Assembly: GCA_038126035.1 (NCBI GenBank)
Contig: JAYPEY010000007.1
Span: 38,084 to 102,083 of the forward strand
DNA: 64,000 bases
Direction of reading: 5' to 3'
From: Verrucomicrobiales bacterium
GTDB taxonomy: Bacteria > Verrucomicrobiota > Verrucomicrobiia > Limisphaerales > JAYPEY01
The position numbers were made by a program, and so were the translations under genes. The first letter of the stretch is position 1. Every line of letters starts with the position of its first letter. Positions 9,098-18,867 of the stretch are shown here, one piece after another. The notes under the pieces were generated by a model. That model saw only the letters and a list, made by a program, of their open reading frames with translations, had not been told where the DNA came from and did not search any database.

Positions 9098-11016
9098 GCG
9101 CGGTCGATCTTTTGGTAACGCAATTGTTTTGGAAAGCACATTGTGAAAATGGTCGGATCCTTGAGCCGGCTGAGGACGAGATCGCCGCCATGCCGCCGCA
9201 TGGCCGCCCGCGAGATGGTGAGGCCGAGCCCGTTGCCGACCTTGCGGCGGATCGCCGCGGCCGACCGGTAGTTCGGGCGAAAGACATGCTCCGCCTCGTC
9301 CTCCTCGATGCCGATGCCGTAGTTCTTCACCGCGACATGATAGCTGCCGTCCACCTGTCGCGGCTCCACGCGGATGGTGGACCCGCGGTCGCCGTATTTG
9401 ATGGCGTTGATGATCAGGTTGCAGATCACGCGTTCGATCAGTTCGCGATCGACGATGAGGCTGGGAATGACGCCCTTGAAATCCTCGAACCAGATGTCCA
9501 TCTGGTTCTCGCGCCTGGCGAAGTGGCGCAGCATGTTCTTCACCCGCGCCAGAATGTCCGCCTCGATCAGGGTCGGGATCGGATTGTAGCTGCGCATCTC
9601 CTCGGGATTCGGATCCAGCTGCGGAATCAGGTTCTTCGTGAAGAACACCGCCATGCCGAGATCATCGACGTTGTAGGGACTGGGCTGCCGCCCCTGCTTC
9701 ATCTCACGGCCGATCTCCTCGGCCGTGTCGCTGATCATCTGGATCGGCGCAAACAGGTCGTGCTTGGTGATGCTGATCGTCTGTTCGCGCAGGATGTTGA
9801 TGGCAAAGGTCTCCAACACCGGCCCCACCTGACGCGCGATGAAATCCAAAGTCTGAACCTGGATGGGATCAAAGCTCTTCTGCTTGCCCCGCAGAAAAGG
9901 CGAGCGGTAGCCCGCGCAACGAATCACGCCGATCGATCGCGGACTCTTCGGCGGCAGGTCCCGCGCGGCGCTCGGATCGGAAATGGGGATCGGATACATC
10001 ACCCATGACGCCAGCGTCTCCGGGTGGCTTGCCGGCATGTCGCGATACTTCGGGGCCTGGGGCTTGTCGGCGCTGATCTCCTCGGGCGACACCAGCATGT
10101 AGGGCTCGCCCGATTGAAAACACTTGCCGGTCCGGCTCTCACCCGGACCGTAGTTCGCCTCGTTGATGTTGGCCAAGGGCACCGGTTCGCCGCCCGCGTC
10201 GTAGAGCCCGGTTGAAGCAAGGCACTCAATGCGTTCCCCCGTGTAGTCCCGAAAAAAGACCGAGACATAGCTTACATCCAGGTTTCGCTGGATGAGCTGG
10301 ATCAGTTCGCGGAGGTAATCGTGGCGCACCTGCGCGGGCGTCCGGCTCTGACTGACCCTTGTCAGGTAACGCGCCGCAAGCACATCCATGTCCAGCAGGA
10401 TCTGTCGTTGCTGCGCCTGGTAGGAGTTCATCAGGGAGATCGCCGTCATGCGTCCCAGCAATCTCAGCCCGTCGACCGGCTGTTCCTCCCGCTCCGAAGC
10501 ATCGCTGTAGAACAGGCAGACCGAACCGCTGACTTCCGGCTCCGCGGGAGATGGCTTCTCCTGTTCCCGCGGATTCACGATCGGCGAGGCAAAAGGGACG
10601 CACTCAAAAGCCACGCAGCCGCGTTGCTTCAGAAAATCGGCCGACATCACCCGATACTCACGGCCTTCGTGCTCGCCCCGCCATTCATCAAGGTCGTGGA
10701 CAAAGGCCGGTTCGCCGCGATCCACACAGAACTGGGTGACGCTGCTTCCCGGCAACACCGAGGGATCCGGCAACCTCATGCCTTCGTCGGCGACCGAATC
10801 CGACGCGAGCAGTTCCCAGCGGTTGGTGAATTGATTGTGAAGCAGCAGCCACACCCATTGCGCGCGCCCCAGATCCAGCCAGGCGCGGCACAGCGTGGGC
10901 ACATCGTTGCGCGGATGCGTCGGAGCCGCCCCAAGCGCCGCTTCCAGGAAGGTGCGGCGGCGGCGCGTGGCCTCGTCCATTTCGATTGCGCTCATGCGGG
11001 GCTCTTCTTCGGACAT
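9094..11016 (-). CDS. sensor histidine kinase with GAF-like sensory region
   Basis: H-box-like [15 protein letters not shown]. HATPase_c boxes [21 protein letters not shown] and [10 protein letters not shown]. The first ATG is at 11016 ([15 protein letters not shown]), while the ORF track start at 11040 is TTG. No obvious TM segment, so likely cytoplasmic. Confidence 0.8.
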   Translation of the reverse strand: MSEEEPRMSAIEMDEATRRRRTFLEAALGAAPTHPRNDVPTLCRAWLDLGRAQWVWLLLHNQFTNRWELLASDSVADEGMRLPDPSVLPGSSVTQFCVDRGEPAFVHDLDEWRGEHEGREYRVMSADFLKQRGCVAFECVPFASPIVNPREQEKPSPAEPEVSGSVCLFYSDASEREEQPVDGLRLLGRMTAISLMNSYQAQQRQILLDMDVLAARYLTRVSQSRTPAQVRHDYLRELIQLIQRNLDVSYVSVFFRDYTGERIECLASTGLYDAGGEPVPLANINEANYGPGESRTGKCFQSGEPYMLVSPEEISADKPQAPKYRDMPASHPETLASWVMYPIPISDPSAARDLPPKSPRSIGVIRCAGYRSPFLRGKQKSFDPIQVQTLDFIARQVGPVLETFAINILREQTISITKHDLFAPIQMISDTAEEIGREMKQGRQPSPYNVDDLGMAVFFTKNLIPQLDPNPEEMRSYNPIPTLIEADILARVKNMLRHFARRENQMDIWFEDFKGVIPSLIVDRELIERVICNLIINAIKYGDRGSTIRVEPRQVDGSYHVAVKNYGIGIEEDEAEHVFRPNYRSAAAIRRKVGNGLGLTISRAAMRRHGGDLVLSRLKDPTIFTMCFPKQLRYQKIDRA

Positions 11017-11105
11017 TGAGGCCCGGCGCGCAACCTTCAAAAGAACGCCCGACTCCGGGTTTTCTTGAAACCTGCGCCGCGATCAGCGCGTCATTTCCAA
11101 TGCCT

Positions 11106-12296
11106 ATGAAATCCCCATCCCCTCTCCATTGGTGCGCGATCGCGCTTCTGCTTGCTGTCGTCGTCGAACCCGCATTCGCCCAACCTCGCCGTCGCGGCGG
11201 CCGCGGCGGAGGTCGCTTCGTGGAAATGGAGCGTCGCGCATTGGCCGAACCCTTCATGGGCGTCACCGCGGACGGCAAGGTCGAGAAGGGCTTGTTCGAA
11301 CTCGCGCAAACAGGCGTCTCCACCGAACCCGTGGCCAAGGCCGCCAGGGCGTTTCTCGCGGGCCTGACCGACGCGCAGCGGAAGAAGACCGCCTTTCCGG
11401 TCGATGACAACGAATGGCGCAAGTGGGCGAATCAACACAGCTACCCGCGCCAGGGCATGGGTTTCAATGAGATGACGCCGAAACAACGCGAACTCGCATT
11501 CGGCCTCGTCGGCGCCGGCTTGAGCGCCAGGGGGCTCAAGCTCACGCAGGACATCATGAAGCTCAACGGAACACTAGGCGAACTCACCGGCCGGCACGAC
11601 GAATACACCGAGTGGCTCTACTGGATCACCATCATGGGCGAACCCTCGACAACCAGGCCGTGGGGCTGGCAACTCGACGGCCATCACGTGGTGATCAACT
11701 ACTTCGTCCTCGGCGATCAGGTCGTGATGACGCCGCTCTTCGTCGGCTCCGAACCGGTCGAGGCAACGTCCGGCAGGTTCAAGGGAACGATCATCCTGCA
11801 GACCGAACAGGCCAAGGGATTGGAGATGATCAACTCGTTGAAACCCGCCCAGCAGGCCAAGGCCATCCTTCAGAAGGAGAAGCCCGGCAACAATGGTTCG
11901 CTGGAGGCGTTTCGTGACAACATGGTCATTCCCTACGCCGGCTTGAAGGCGTCCGAAATGGACCCGGACCAACGCGGGATCCTCCTGGAATTGATCGGAC
12001 TCTATGTGGGCGCCACCCGCGCGGATCAGGCGAAGGTCCGCATGTCCGAAGTTCAGAAACATCTGGACGACACGTATTTCGCCTGGGTTGGCGGGACGGA
12101 CCCGGACAGCGTCTTCTTCTTCCGCATCCACAGCCCCGTGATCATCATCGAGTTCGACCACCAACGCGGCATCGCGCTTAACCGCGGCGGCCCGCCCAAT
12201 CGCGACCACATCCATTCCGTCGTCCGCACCCCCAACGGCAATGACTACGGCAAGGAACTCCTGCGCCTGCACCTCGAACGGGAGCACGGGAGGTAG
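11106..12296 (+). CDS. DUF3500 family secreted protein
   Basis: ATG 11106 gives the signal peptide [26 protein letters not shown]. The C-terminal [19 protein letters not shown]...[10 protein letters not shown] block is characteristic of DUF3500 as I recall it. TAG stop. Confidence 0.65.
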   Translation: MKSPSPLHWCAIALLLAVVVEPAFAQPRRRGGRGGGRFVEMERRALAEPFMGVTADGKVEKGLFELAQTGVSTEPVAKAARAFLAGLTDAQRKKTAFPVDDNEWRKWANQHSYPRQGMGFNEMTPKQRELAFGLVGAGLSARGLKLTQDIMKLNGTLGELTGRHDEYTEWLYWITIMGEPSTTRPWGWQLDGHHVVINYFVLGDQVVMTPLFVGSEPVEATSGRFKGTIILQTEQAKGLEMINSLKPAQQAKAILQKEKPGNNGSLEAFRDNMVIPYAGLKASEMDPDQRGILLELIGLYVGATRADQAKVRMSEVQKHLDDTYFAWVGGTDPDSVFFFRIHSPVIIIEFDHQRGIALNRGGPPNRDHIHSVVRTPNGNDYGKELLRLHLEREHGR

Positions 12297-12313
12297 CGCA
12301 GGCGCAAAATCTC

Positions 12314-12340
12314 GGAGCGCCGAGCAATGCTCGGCGCTCC
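12314..12340. repeat. perfect 13-bp-arm palindrome GGAGCGCCGAGCA-A-TGCTCGGCGCTCC (repeat family R3)
   Basis: Lies 18 nt after the DUF3500 stop. Partial copies occur at 3429..3449 and 62140..62156. No U-tract follows, so it is not a canonical intrinsic terminator. Confidence 0.75.
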
Positions 12341-12460
12341 GCTTCACTGACTCACGGTCCGCCCGAAACGAACGAACTTACGTTCGCGTCTACAAGGTCT
12401 GGGATTCGCCTCCAAAAGCGCTTGGGCGACGCCATCCCCATCCGCTACATTGATCGTCTC

Positions 12461-13903
12461 ATGCCCAAGAAAAACTCCGTCGCCGTTCTGCTCGCGTCGC
12501 TCTGCCTGGCGACATCTTCCCTCGCCGCCGCCCATCCCAACATCCTGCTCATCCTCGTCGATGACATGGGCTATGGCGACGCGGGTTGCTACAATCCCGA
12601 TTCCAGGATCCCGACGCCGAACATTGATTCGCTTGCCCGCGACGGCATGCGCTTCACCGACGCCCACGCCGCCGGCTCCGTCTGTCACCCCTCGCGCTAC
12701 GGGCTGATGACCGGGCAGCACCCATGGCGGGTGAACACCAACGTCTGGCGCAAGCAGCCCGTCATCGCCGAGGGCCGGATGACAGTCGCGTCATTGCTCA
12801 GGTCGCAGGGCTACCGCACCGCCATGGTCGGCAAGTGGCATCTGGGTTTCGCGGAGAACGGCTACGAGAATCCGCTTCCGGGCGGCCCGGTGGATCGTGG
12901 CTTCGACAGCTATTTCGGCATCCGCGCGTCCACGGACATCCCGCCCTATTTCTACATCCGCGGCAACAAGGCCGTGGCGCCGCCGACCGACACCATCGCC
13001 GCCAACTACAGCGAGGACGGCTGGACCAGGATCCAGGGCGCCTTCTGGCGCGAGGGCGGCATCGCTCCCGGGCTGGAATTGAAGAACGTCCTGCCGCGCT
13101 TCACCGATGAGGCCTGCGATGTCATCCGCAAACACGGGAAGTCGGATTCGAAAAAGCCGCTGTTCCTCTACCTCGCCTACCCGGCGCCCCACACGCCCTG
13201 GCTGCCGACAAAGAACTACAACGGCAAAAGCAGGGCGGGCATGTACGGCGACTTTGCCTTCATGGTCGATGACATGGTCGGCAGGGTCCTGAAGACATTG
13301 GACAAGGCCGGCATGGCCGACGACACCCTGGTCATCCTCAGCTCCGACAACGGCCCGGTCTGGTACGACAAGGATGTCAAACGCTACGGACACGATTCCG
13401 TGGGCGGTCTCCGCGGCATGAAGGGCGACGCCTGGGAGGCCGGGCATCGGATGCCCTTCCTCGTGCGTTGGCCCGGCCAGGTAAAGGCGGGCTCGGTTTC
13501 GGACCAGACCATCGGCTTCACCGACATGCTGGCGACCTTCGCCGCCATCACCGGCGCGAAGCTGCCCATGGGCGCCGGCCCCGACAGCTTCAACATCCTG
13601 CCCGTGCTCAAGGGAACGCACCCCAAGGACAAACCCATCCGCGGCCCGTTGGTCAACCAGGCCTCCCGCGGCTCGACCGCCATCCGTTCCGGCAAGTGGA
13701 AACTCATCACCTCCCTCGGCTCCGGCGGCTTCTCCGAACCCCGAAACACAAAGCCGACCAAAGGCGGCCCCAAAGGCCAGCTCTACGACATGAGCAAGGA
13801 TCGCAACGAGACCACAAACCTCTGGCAGAAGCATCCCGACGTGGTCGCACGGCTGCAGGCGGAGTTGAAACAGATCAAGACGGCGGAACAGACGCGGCCC
13901 TGA
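12461..13903 (+). CDS. arylsulfatase
   Basis: ATG 12461 gives MPKKNSVAVLLASLCLATSSLAAAHPNILLILVDDMGYGD. Signature CHPSR within GSVCHPSRYGLMTG, plus GKWHLGF. TGA stop. Confidence 0.9.
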   Translation: MPKKNSVAVLLASLCLATSSLAAAHPNILLILVDDMGYGDAGCYNPDSRIPTPNIDSLARDGMRFTDAHAAGSVCHPSRYGLMTGQHPWRVNTNVWRKQPVIAEGRMTVASLLRSQGYRTAMVGKWHLGFAENGYENPLPGGPVDRGFDSYFGIRASTDIPPYFYIRGNKAVAPPTDTIAANYSEDGWTRIQGAFWREGGIAPGLELKNVLPRFTDEACDVIRKHGKSDSKKPLFLYLAYPAPHTPWLPTKNYNGKSRAGMYGDFAFMVDDMVGRVLKTLDKAGMADDTLVILSSDNGPVWYDKDVKRYGHDSVGGLRGMKGDAWEAGHRMPFLVRWPGQVKAGSVSDQTIGFTDMLATFAAITGAKLPMGAGPDSFNILPVLKGTHPKDKPIRGPLVNQASRGSTAIRSGKWKLITSLGSGGFSEPRNTKPTKGGPKGQLYDMSKDRNETTNLWQKHPDVVARLQAELKQIKTAEQTRP

Positions 13904-14057
13904 TCGTCACCCGGCAACAACGGACGCAGTTGTATCCCGTCTTCGGGATCAGCCGCAGCAGCTTTGGGAGTGGATTGGCTTTGGGCAAATCCTTGGATCC
14001 ACGTGACGACCGACGTTGCTGCGGCTGGTCTCCGACACAGCTGCGCTCGGTTCGATT

Positions 14058-15494
14058 CTACTTCTTCCACATGGCGTTGATTTCCTCGACAGTTTTGTCG
14101 ACGAGGACGTCGCCGCCTTCGGAGCCGACGAGGTTGCTGTTGACGATGGCGCTGTAGCCGCCGCCGAGGACGGCCTTGTGGGTGGCGACGTAGTAGCCGG
14201 ACGAACAGGCGAGTTGCACCACAAAGGTCTGCGTCGCCTTGCTCCAGGATTTCATGCGGATGCCGTAGTCGGTGAAGAGTTCGAAGGGGTTGCTGCAAAT
14301 GGCGGTTTCGCCGAGGCGGATGGCATGGAGTTCCATCGGGTAGAGCTTGTCCGCCTTCTGTTCCTCGAAGCGATCGACGGTCTTCTGGTTCCACAGAATG
14401 CGACGGCCGGTGTTTCTCCCCTGGCGTTCCTGTTCCTCCAGATTGGCGATCTCCTTGCGGGCGGCGGCGTATTCCTCGTCGGTGACAATGCGGCGTGGGA
14501 GCTCGATGTCCTTCACACGGTGGCTGAACGGCGGATCGGTGTGCATGTCGGACTTTCCGGTTATGAAGGCGTCGTCCACGCCGCGGGCGATGCGACGGGC
14601 GATCTCCTGAAGACGCGTCAATCCGCGGGCCTTGAGCATGCGGGCTTCGGCGGCCTTGTTCCACATCAGGTGCGGCGACTGGTCGCCCGCCGCGCCGATC
14701 CACGCCAACACGGTCAGGTCCTTCCCATACTTTTCGCGCAGGGCGACGCGGGCCTCGTGCCAGTAGTCGGCGTTGACGGCGGTGCGGCTTTCGACCTCCT
14801 GCGCGGGACAGGCGACATTGACCGCCATGGCTTTGAGCTGTTTCTCTGAATCCCAGAAGAACAGGACATTCACGCTGTGGTCCTCATAGCCCTCGATGTT
14901 GCGGAAGTTCCGCGCGGCGGTGGAGCCATACATGGTGGCCGTGCCGTTGTCCAATTGACGCCTACGATTCTGCGCGACGACGGCGTGCCCCAGCCCCCAA
15001 CTCACCGCGCCGGGCTTGCGGGCCTTCCAGGTCTTCTCGATGAGCGTCGACAACTGGTCGGTGAGGAAATTCACATATTCCCGCGGCTGCGTGACGCCTT
15101 CCTTGGGTATGTCGTAGACGCCCTCGCGCATGACGGGCGCGGTGTGGGTGTGGGTCGCGCTGAGGAAGACCTTGCGGACATCGAGATCCGGCACGCGCGG
15201 CGCGAGCTTCTTCCGCATCTGTTCCTGGATGTCGTCGCGGATGGCCACCAGATCGCAGGAGACCATGACCGCCTGCTCGACGGAGCCGTCGGCGGATTTT
15301 TTCTCCAAGGCCACCGCCGAAGCAATGCAGGGCGATTCGACCTTCCTGGCGATGCGCGTGTTGAACTGGCCGGAGACCGCAACCGGCAGGTCAGGCGTGA
15401 TGCTGATCTCGCCGGAACCGATGAGGATTTCGGCCTGGGCCAGAGAGGCTCCAAGCGCCAACGCCAGTGGAAGAATTCGGGAAAAGCGTTTCAT
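14058..15494 (-). CDS. neutral/alkaline ceramidase N-terminal-domain-like hydrolase (paralogue 1)
   Basis: ATG 15494 gives the signal peptide MKRFSRILPLALALGASLAQA, followed by GSGEISITPD and FLSATHTHTAPV, which match the ceramidase-like N-domain pattern. TAG stop. Confidence 0.7.
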   Translation of the reverse strand: MKRFSRILPLALALGASLAQAEILIGSGEISITPDLPVAVSGQFNTRIARKVESPCIASAVALEKKSADGSVEQAVMVSCDLVAIRDDIQEQMRKKLAPRVPDLDVRKVFLSATHTHTAPVMREGVYDIPKEGVTQPREYVNFLTDQLSTLIEKTWKARKPGAVSWGLGHAVVAQNRRRQLDNGTATMYGSTAARNFRNIEGYEDHSVNVLFFWDSEKQLKAMAVNVACPAQEVESRTAVNADYWHEARVALREKYGKDLTVLAWIGAAGDQSPHLMWNKAAEARMLKARGLTRLQEIARRIARGVDDAFITGKSDMHTDPPFSHRVKDIELPRRIVTDEEYAAARKEIANLEEQERQGRNTGRRILWNQKTVDRFEEQKADKLYPMELHAIRLGETAICSNPFELFTDYGIRMKSWSKATQTFVVQLACSSGYYVATHKAVLGGGYSAIVNSNLVGSEGGDVLVDKTVEEINAMWKK

Positions 15495-15589
15495 GGCGGA
15501 ATAGATGACCGGTTCGCCGCGATTGTCCCGCCAAAAATACGACCGATGCGGACGCCGCGGAGCCGCGATGGTTCCGATGGAGCAGCCTC

Positions 15590-15722
15590 GTAGAACGGAA
15601 TTCATTCCGTTCGGCGCTCAACCAGCGCTTCAGGCTGAGGCTGATCCTTCCACGAACCGCGCGCGCTTTCTGAGACGTTCTGCCTCCCCGGTGAATGGCA
15701 AACGGGATGAATCCCGTTCTAC
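15590..15722 (-). repeat. REPIN-like inverted REP doublet A (module Y' ... module X')
   Basis: GTAGAACGGAATTCATTCCGTTC at 15590-15612 and AACGGGATGAATCCCGTTCTAC at 15701-15722. It has the same two hairpin modules as doublets B, C and D but in opposite orientation, and ends 7 nt before the stop at 15729. Confidence 0.8.
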
Positions 15723-15728
15723 GTCATC

Positions 15729-17216
15729 CTACTTCTTCGCCGCCTCGATCTCGGTCCTTGGGAACGCCTTCCGGGCCTCCGAATCGATCGGCTCGCCCTT
15801 GCCGCGGCTCCACCATTCGTGGGCGCGTTTGGGATCGTAGGACGGATTGCGGATGGGCATGCGCGCGCCGACCTCGAACCGCCAGTCACGGAGCTTCGTT
15901 TTCAACATTGCGGCCACGCCCTTGCGCTCGTTGACCAGGTTCTTCGATTCCCCGATGTCCGTCTGCAGGTCGTAGAGTTCCACATCGCCCTGAAAATCCA
16001 GGAACTCGATCAACTTCCAACGTCCCATCCGGATCGCGGAGGCCGGCCGGCTGTGGTGGTAGTGCGGGTGATGAAAATGGATCGCCTCGCGTCCGAGCTT
16101 CGCCGACGGGTTCCGGATCAACGGCAGCAGGCTCCGGCCATCGATGACCTGGTTCTCCGGAAGCTGACCTTTGGCCAGCTCCACGAATGTCGGATAAAAG
16201 TCATAGCTGATCGTCGGCTCGGCGCAGACCGTTCCGGCTCTCGCCAAGGGCGGGTATTTCACAATCAACGGCACGCGCACGCCGCCTTCGTAAAGCGTCC
16301 CCTTTTCGCCGCGCAACGGAGCCAGATCGCTCACCGTGGGATCGACCTTGGGGTTGTAGTCGTAACGCCGATACAATCCCCCGTTATCCGAGGTGAAGAC
16401 GATCATGGTGCGTTCGGTGAGCCCGTTCTTCTCCACGGTCTCGACGATGCGCCCGACCATGTCGTCGATGTGCTCGACCATGGCCGCGTAGACCGGATGC
16501 GGCAGCTTGTGATCCGGGCCGCCTTTCTTGCGATACTTCTCAACCTTCTCCGAAAGCGCGGCCAGGGGGATGTGCACATCGAAGGGCGACACCGTCACAA
16601 AGAAGGGCTTGTCCTTGTTGGCCTCGATGAAGTTGACCGTCAGTTCCGCCTCGAACTCGGTGCGATGCTGCTCCGGTCCCGGCTTCACGTCCTTGCGATT
16701 GATGACGCGGTACTTCCCCGGCAGCACGGGGCCGCCGATCTCGACCGCGTAGTCGTAGCCCTGCTTCGCCGGCCCTTCACGATGCGGATTGCCCAGGTGC
16801 CATTTGCCGATATAGCCCGTCGTGTAGCCGCTCGCCTTCATGCTCTCGCCGACGGTCACTGTCTGCAGCGGCAACGCCATCGTGACGAAGGGGTTGATTA
16901 CGCGCTCGAACGGCCGCCAATGCCCCGGGATAAACTCCGTGATCCCGATGCGGGCCTAGTTCTGGCCCGACTGCACCGCGCATCTCGTCGCGGAACAGGT
17001 CGGCCCCGCGGCGTAGAAATCGGTGAAACGCACGCCGTCTTTGGCAAGTCGATCGATATGCGGCGTCTCGATGAACTTGTTGCCGTAGCAGCCGACATCG
17101 CCCCAGCCCATGTCATCGACGAAGATCAGGATGACATTGGGTTTCGGCGCGGCAGAGACAATCGTGAGCGAGAGAAGAAACGCAGCGAGCGTGGACCAGC
17201 GGGTTTTCGAATGCAT
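15729..17216 (-). pseudogene. sulfatase interrupted by one in-frame TAG (16953-16955)
   Basis: ORFs 16956..17321 and 15729..16880 are in the same frame. The N-part is MHSKTRWSTLAAFLLSLTIVSAAPKPNVILIFVDDMGWGD...CSATRCAVQSGQN*. The reading continues ARIGITEFIPGHWRP...GKWHLGN, so sulfatase homology runs straight through the stop. Confidence 0.7.
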
Positions 17217-17337
17217 GGCGACAGGATAGGGAGTCGGCGGCGCCCAAGCAAGGTAGGGACGCCTCGCCGCAGGCGTCCCATTTTTCAGCCAGAGCGAGCG
17301 CAGCGACGCGCCGGCGTCCACCCGACCGTTCCAAATT

Positions 17338-17384
17338 GGCGGCGAGACGCCGCAAGAACCCGCAGCCGGGACAGCCGCGCCACG
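17338..17384 (+). repeat. intergenic repeat family R2, copy 2
   Basis: GGCGGCGAGACGCCGCAAGAACCCGCAGCCGGGACAGCCGCGCCACG, directly abutting the stop at 17386. Confidence 0.8.
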
Positions 17385-17385
17385 A

Positions 17386-18846
17386 TCACTGCTGCGGCTG
17401 GGAAGCGGCCGCAGCCTTTCCGAGCAGGCGGTTCAATTCCTTGCGAATCTTCGGCTCGGCCTGATGTTCGAGCATGCTGGTGCGGGCGCGCCAGGTCGTG
17501 TAGCCGCCATACTGGAACTGATCCGGCGGCGGAAGGTAACCGGAGTAGCCATTGGCGAGACCGACCACCATGGTCAACTTCAGCGGACTCGCCTCCTTGA
17601 TCTCCAACCCGGTGACGCCATACATCTCGCAGGGGGCGGCTGCGATTCCGAAGTCGCCTACGCGCAGCGCCTGCAACCGCAATTCATGCGTGTCCGGCCA
17701 GTCGTTCAACAGCACGGTCTCCCGCGCGTAATCCTCCTCCCAGGTCTTGATCGGCCGCCCCTTCACGTTCTTGTCCAGAAACGCCTGCGCTTCAGCGACC
17801 TCATCGGCGGTCGGCTTGCGGATGCGGAAGCTGTTCAACGACTCCGCGGCGGCCAGCGGAACCCAGTCGTGAAAGGTCATGTTCTTCATCGCGCGCTGGG
17901 CGGCGTCGGCCACGGCCTTGGCGACGATGAAACGGTCATACTTGTTGCGCTTGGGGAGGCTGAAGTCGCTGCAGTTCGCGTCGCCGCTTGAGCCGTTGCT
18001 GACCATGCCCACGAATGCGGGGGTCCGCCCTTCGGCGTTCAAGCGTCTCGCCATCTCCCCGACAAAGGCGCCAAAGTAATCCGAGGAGATGTCCGGCGCG
18101 CCGGCGTAGTGCGTCGAATAGTTGGCCAGGACCGCCAGCGGCGAGCCGTCGGCTCCCTTGACCGCCAGGACCGTGACCGCGGGATCGGCGGGACCGAGCG
18201 GATGCAGCTTGTTCTGGTTGCCGTTGCCCGGATTCATCTGCGCGAGATTGGACCTGGCATCAGTGAACGGAATCGAGAACGCCGTGCCCGGCTTCATCTT
18301 CCAACGGCGACAAAAGACGTAGTCGTCGCAATCCGAACGGCCCCAACCAACGACCGCCGGACGCAGATTGGCGTGCGCCTGGATGATGCCCTCAGCGATC
18401 CGCTTCGTCAGGTAATCGCGATAATCCAGGTGCGGCTCCGTGCCGTGACACCCCATCACCGCCGGGGCCGAATGCGCGTGCGTCGCGGAGATGAGCATGT
18501 TGGCCGCGGGAATTCCGGTGGCCTTCGCCGCGACGGCCTTTGCCTTGTCCAGCATCCCGCGATCCATGAGACAGGTGTCGACCGCGACAATGACGAGCTT
18601 CGTCGTCCCGTCATCCAGGACCAGCGCCCTGGAATGGAGTCGGTCCGTGATCTTCTCCCGCCAGGTCTCGCGGATACTGCCCGCCACCCGCACAGGCAAC
18701 TCCGTCGGCGTGACATCGATCGCATGCGCGCCGGCGCGGAATACGGGTTCGGCGGACGACGCCAAGCCGACCGGCAGCAAGGCGGCGCCCAACAAGGCCG
18801 ACAGGGCGCCACAGACGCGGCGTCGGAAACAGGAGGTCGGTTTCAT
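17386..18846 (-). CDS. neutral/alkaline ceramidase N-terminal-domain-like hydrolase (paralogue 2)
   Basis: Signal peptide MKPTSCFRRRVCGALSALLGAALLPVGLASSAEP. Also RLHSRALVLDDGTTKLVIVAVD and LISATHAHSAPAV. TGA stop. Confidence 0.7.
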   Translation of the reverse strand: MKPTSCFRRRVCGALSALLGAALLPVGLASSAEPVFRAGAHAIDVTPTELPVRVAGSIRETWREKITDRLHSRALVLDDGTTKLVIVAVDTCLMDRGMLDKAKAVAAKATGIPAANMLISATHAHSAPAVMGCHGTEPHLDYRDYLTKRIAEGIIQAHANLRPAVVGWGRSDCDDYVFCRRWKMKPGTAFSIPFTDARSNLAQMNPGNGNQNKLHPLGPADPAVTVLAVKGADGSPLAVLANYSTHYAGAPDISSDYFGAFVGEMARRLNAEGRTPAFVGMVSNGSSGDANCSDFSLPKRNKYDRFIVAKAVADAAQRAMKNMTFHDWVPLAAAESLNSFRIRKPTADEVAEAQAFLDKNVKGRPIKTWEEDYARETVLLNDWPDTHELRLQALRVGDFGIAAAPCEMYGVTGLEIKEASPLKLTMVVGLANGYSGYLPPPDQFQYGGYTTWRARTSMLEHQAEPKIRKELNRLLGKAAAASQPQQ

Positions 18847-18867
18847 GCGCGGGCTCCTTCGACGATT

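Noticed and set aside
8669-11016. The GAF-kinase / REC-only pair as a novel signalling system.
   Set aside because: It is an ordinary translationally coupled two-component pair. The only oddity is a short PPPEGVTLASTGDGLDTG insertion after the phospho-acceptor Asp, and I cannot evaluate that without alignments.
12314-12340. The R3 palindrome as an intrinsic terminator of the DUF3500 gene.
   Set aside because: It has a perfect GC-rich stem but no following T-tract, and the same sequence recurs elsewhere as a dispersed repeat. I list it as a repeat instead.
13947-14027. 11-bp complementary segments (CAGCCGCAGCA / TGCTGCGGCTG) between the convergent genes at 13903 and 14058.
   Set aside because: The loop is about 50 nt and there is no T-tract, which is too weak to call a terminator.
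16953-16955. TAG read as a sense codon (pyrrolysine or suppressor-type recoding), which would explain both amber-interrupted genes (also 40785-40787).
   Set aside because: TAG ends at least seven other genes here at positions where homology also ends (12296, 14058, 15729, 26733, 33128, 34867, 45867). No pyl genes or extra tRNA are in the window. Independent nonsense mutations or base-call errors are simpler explanations.
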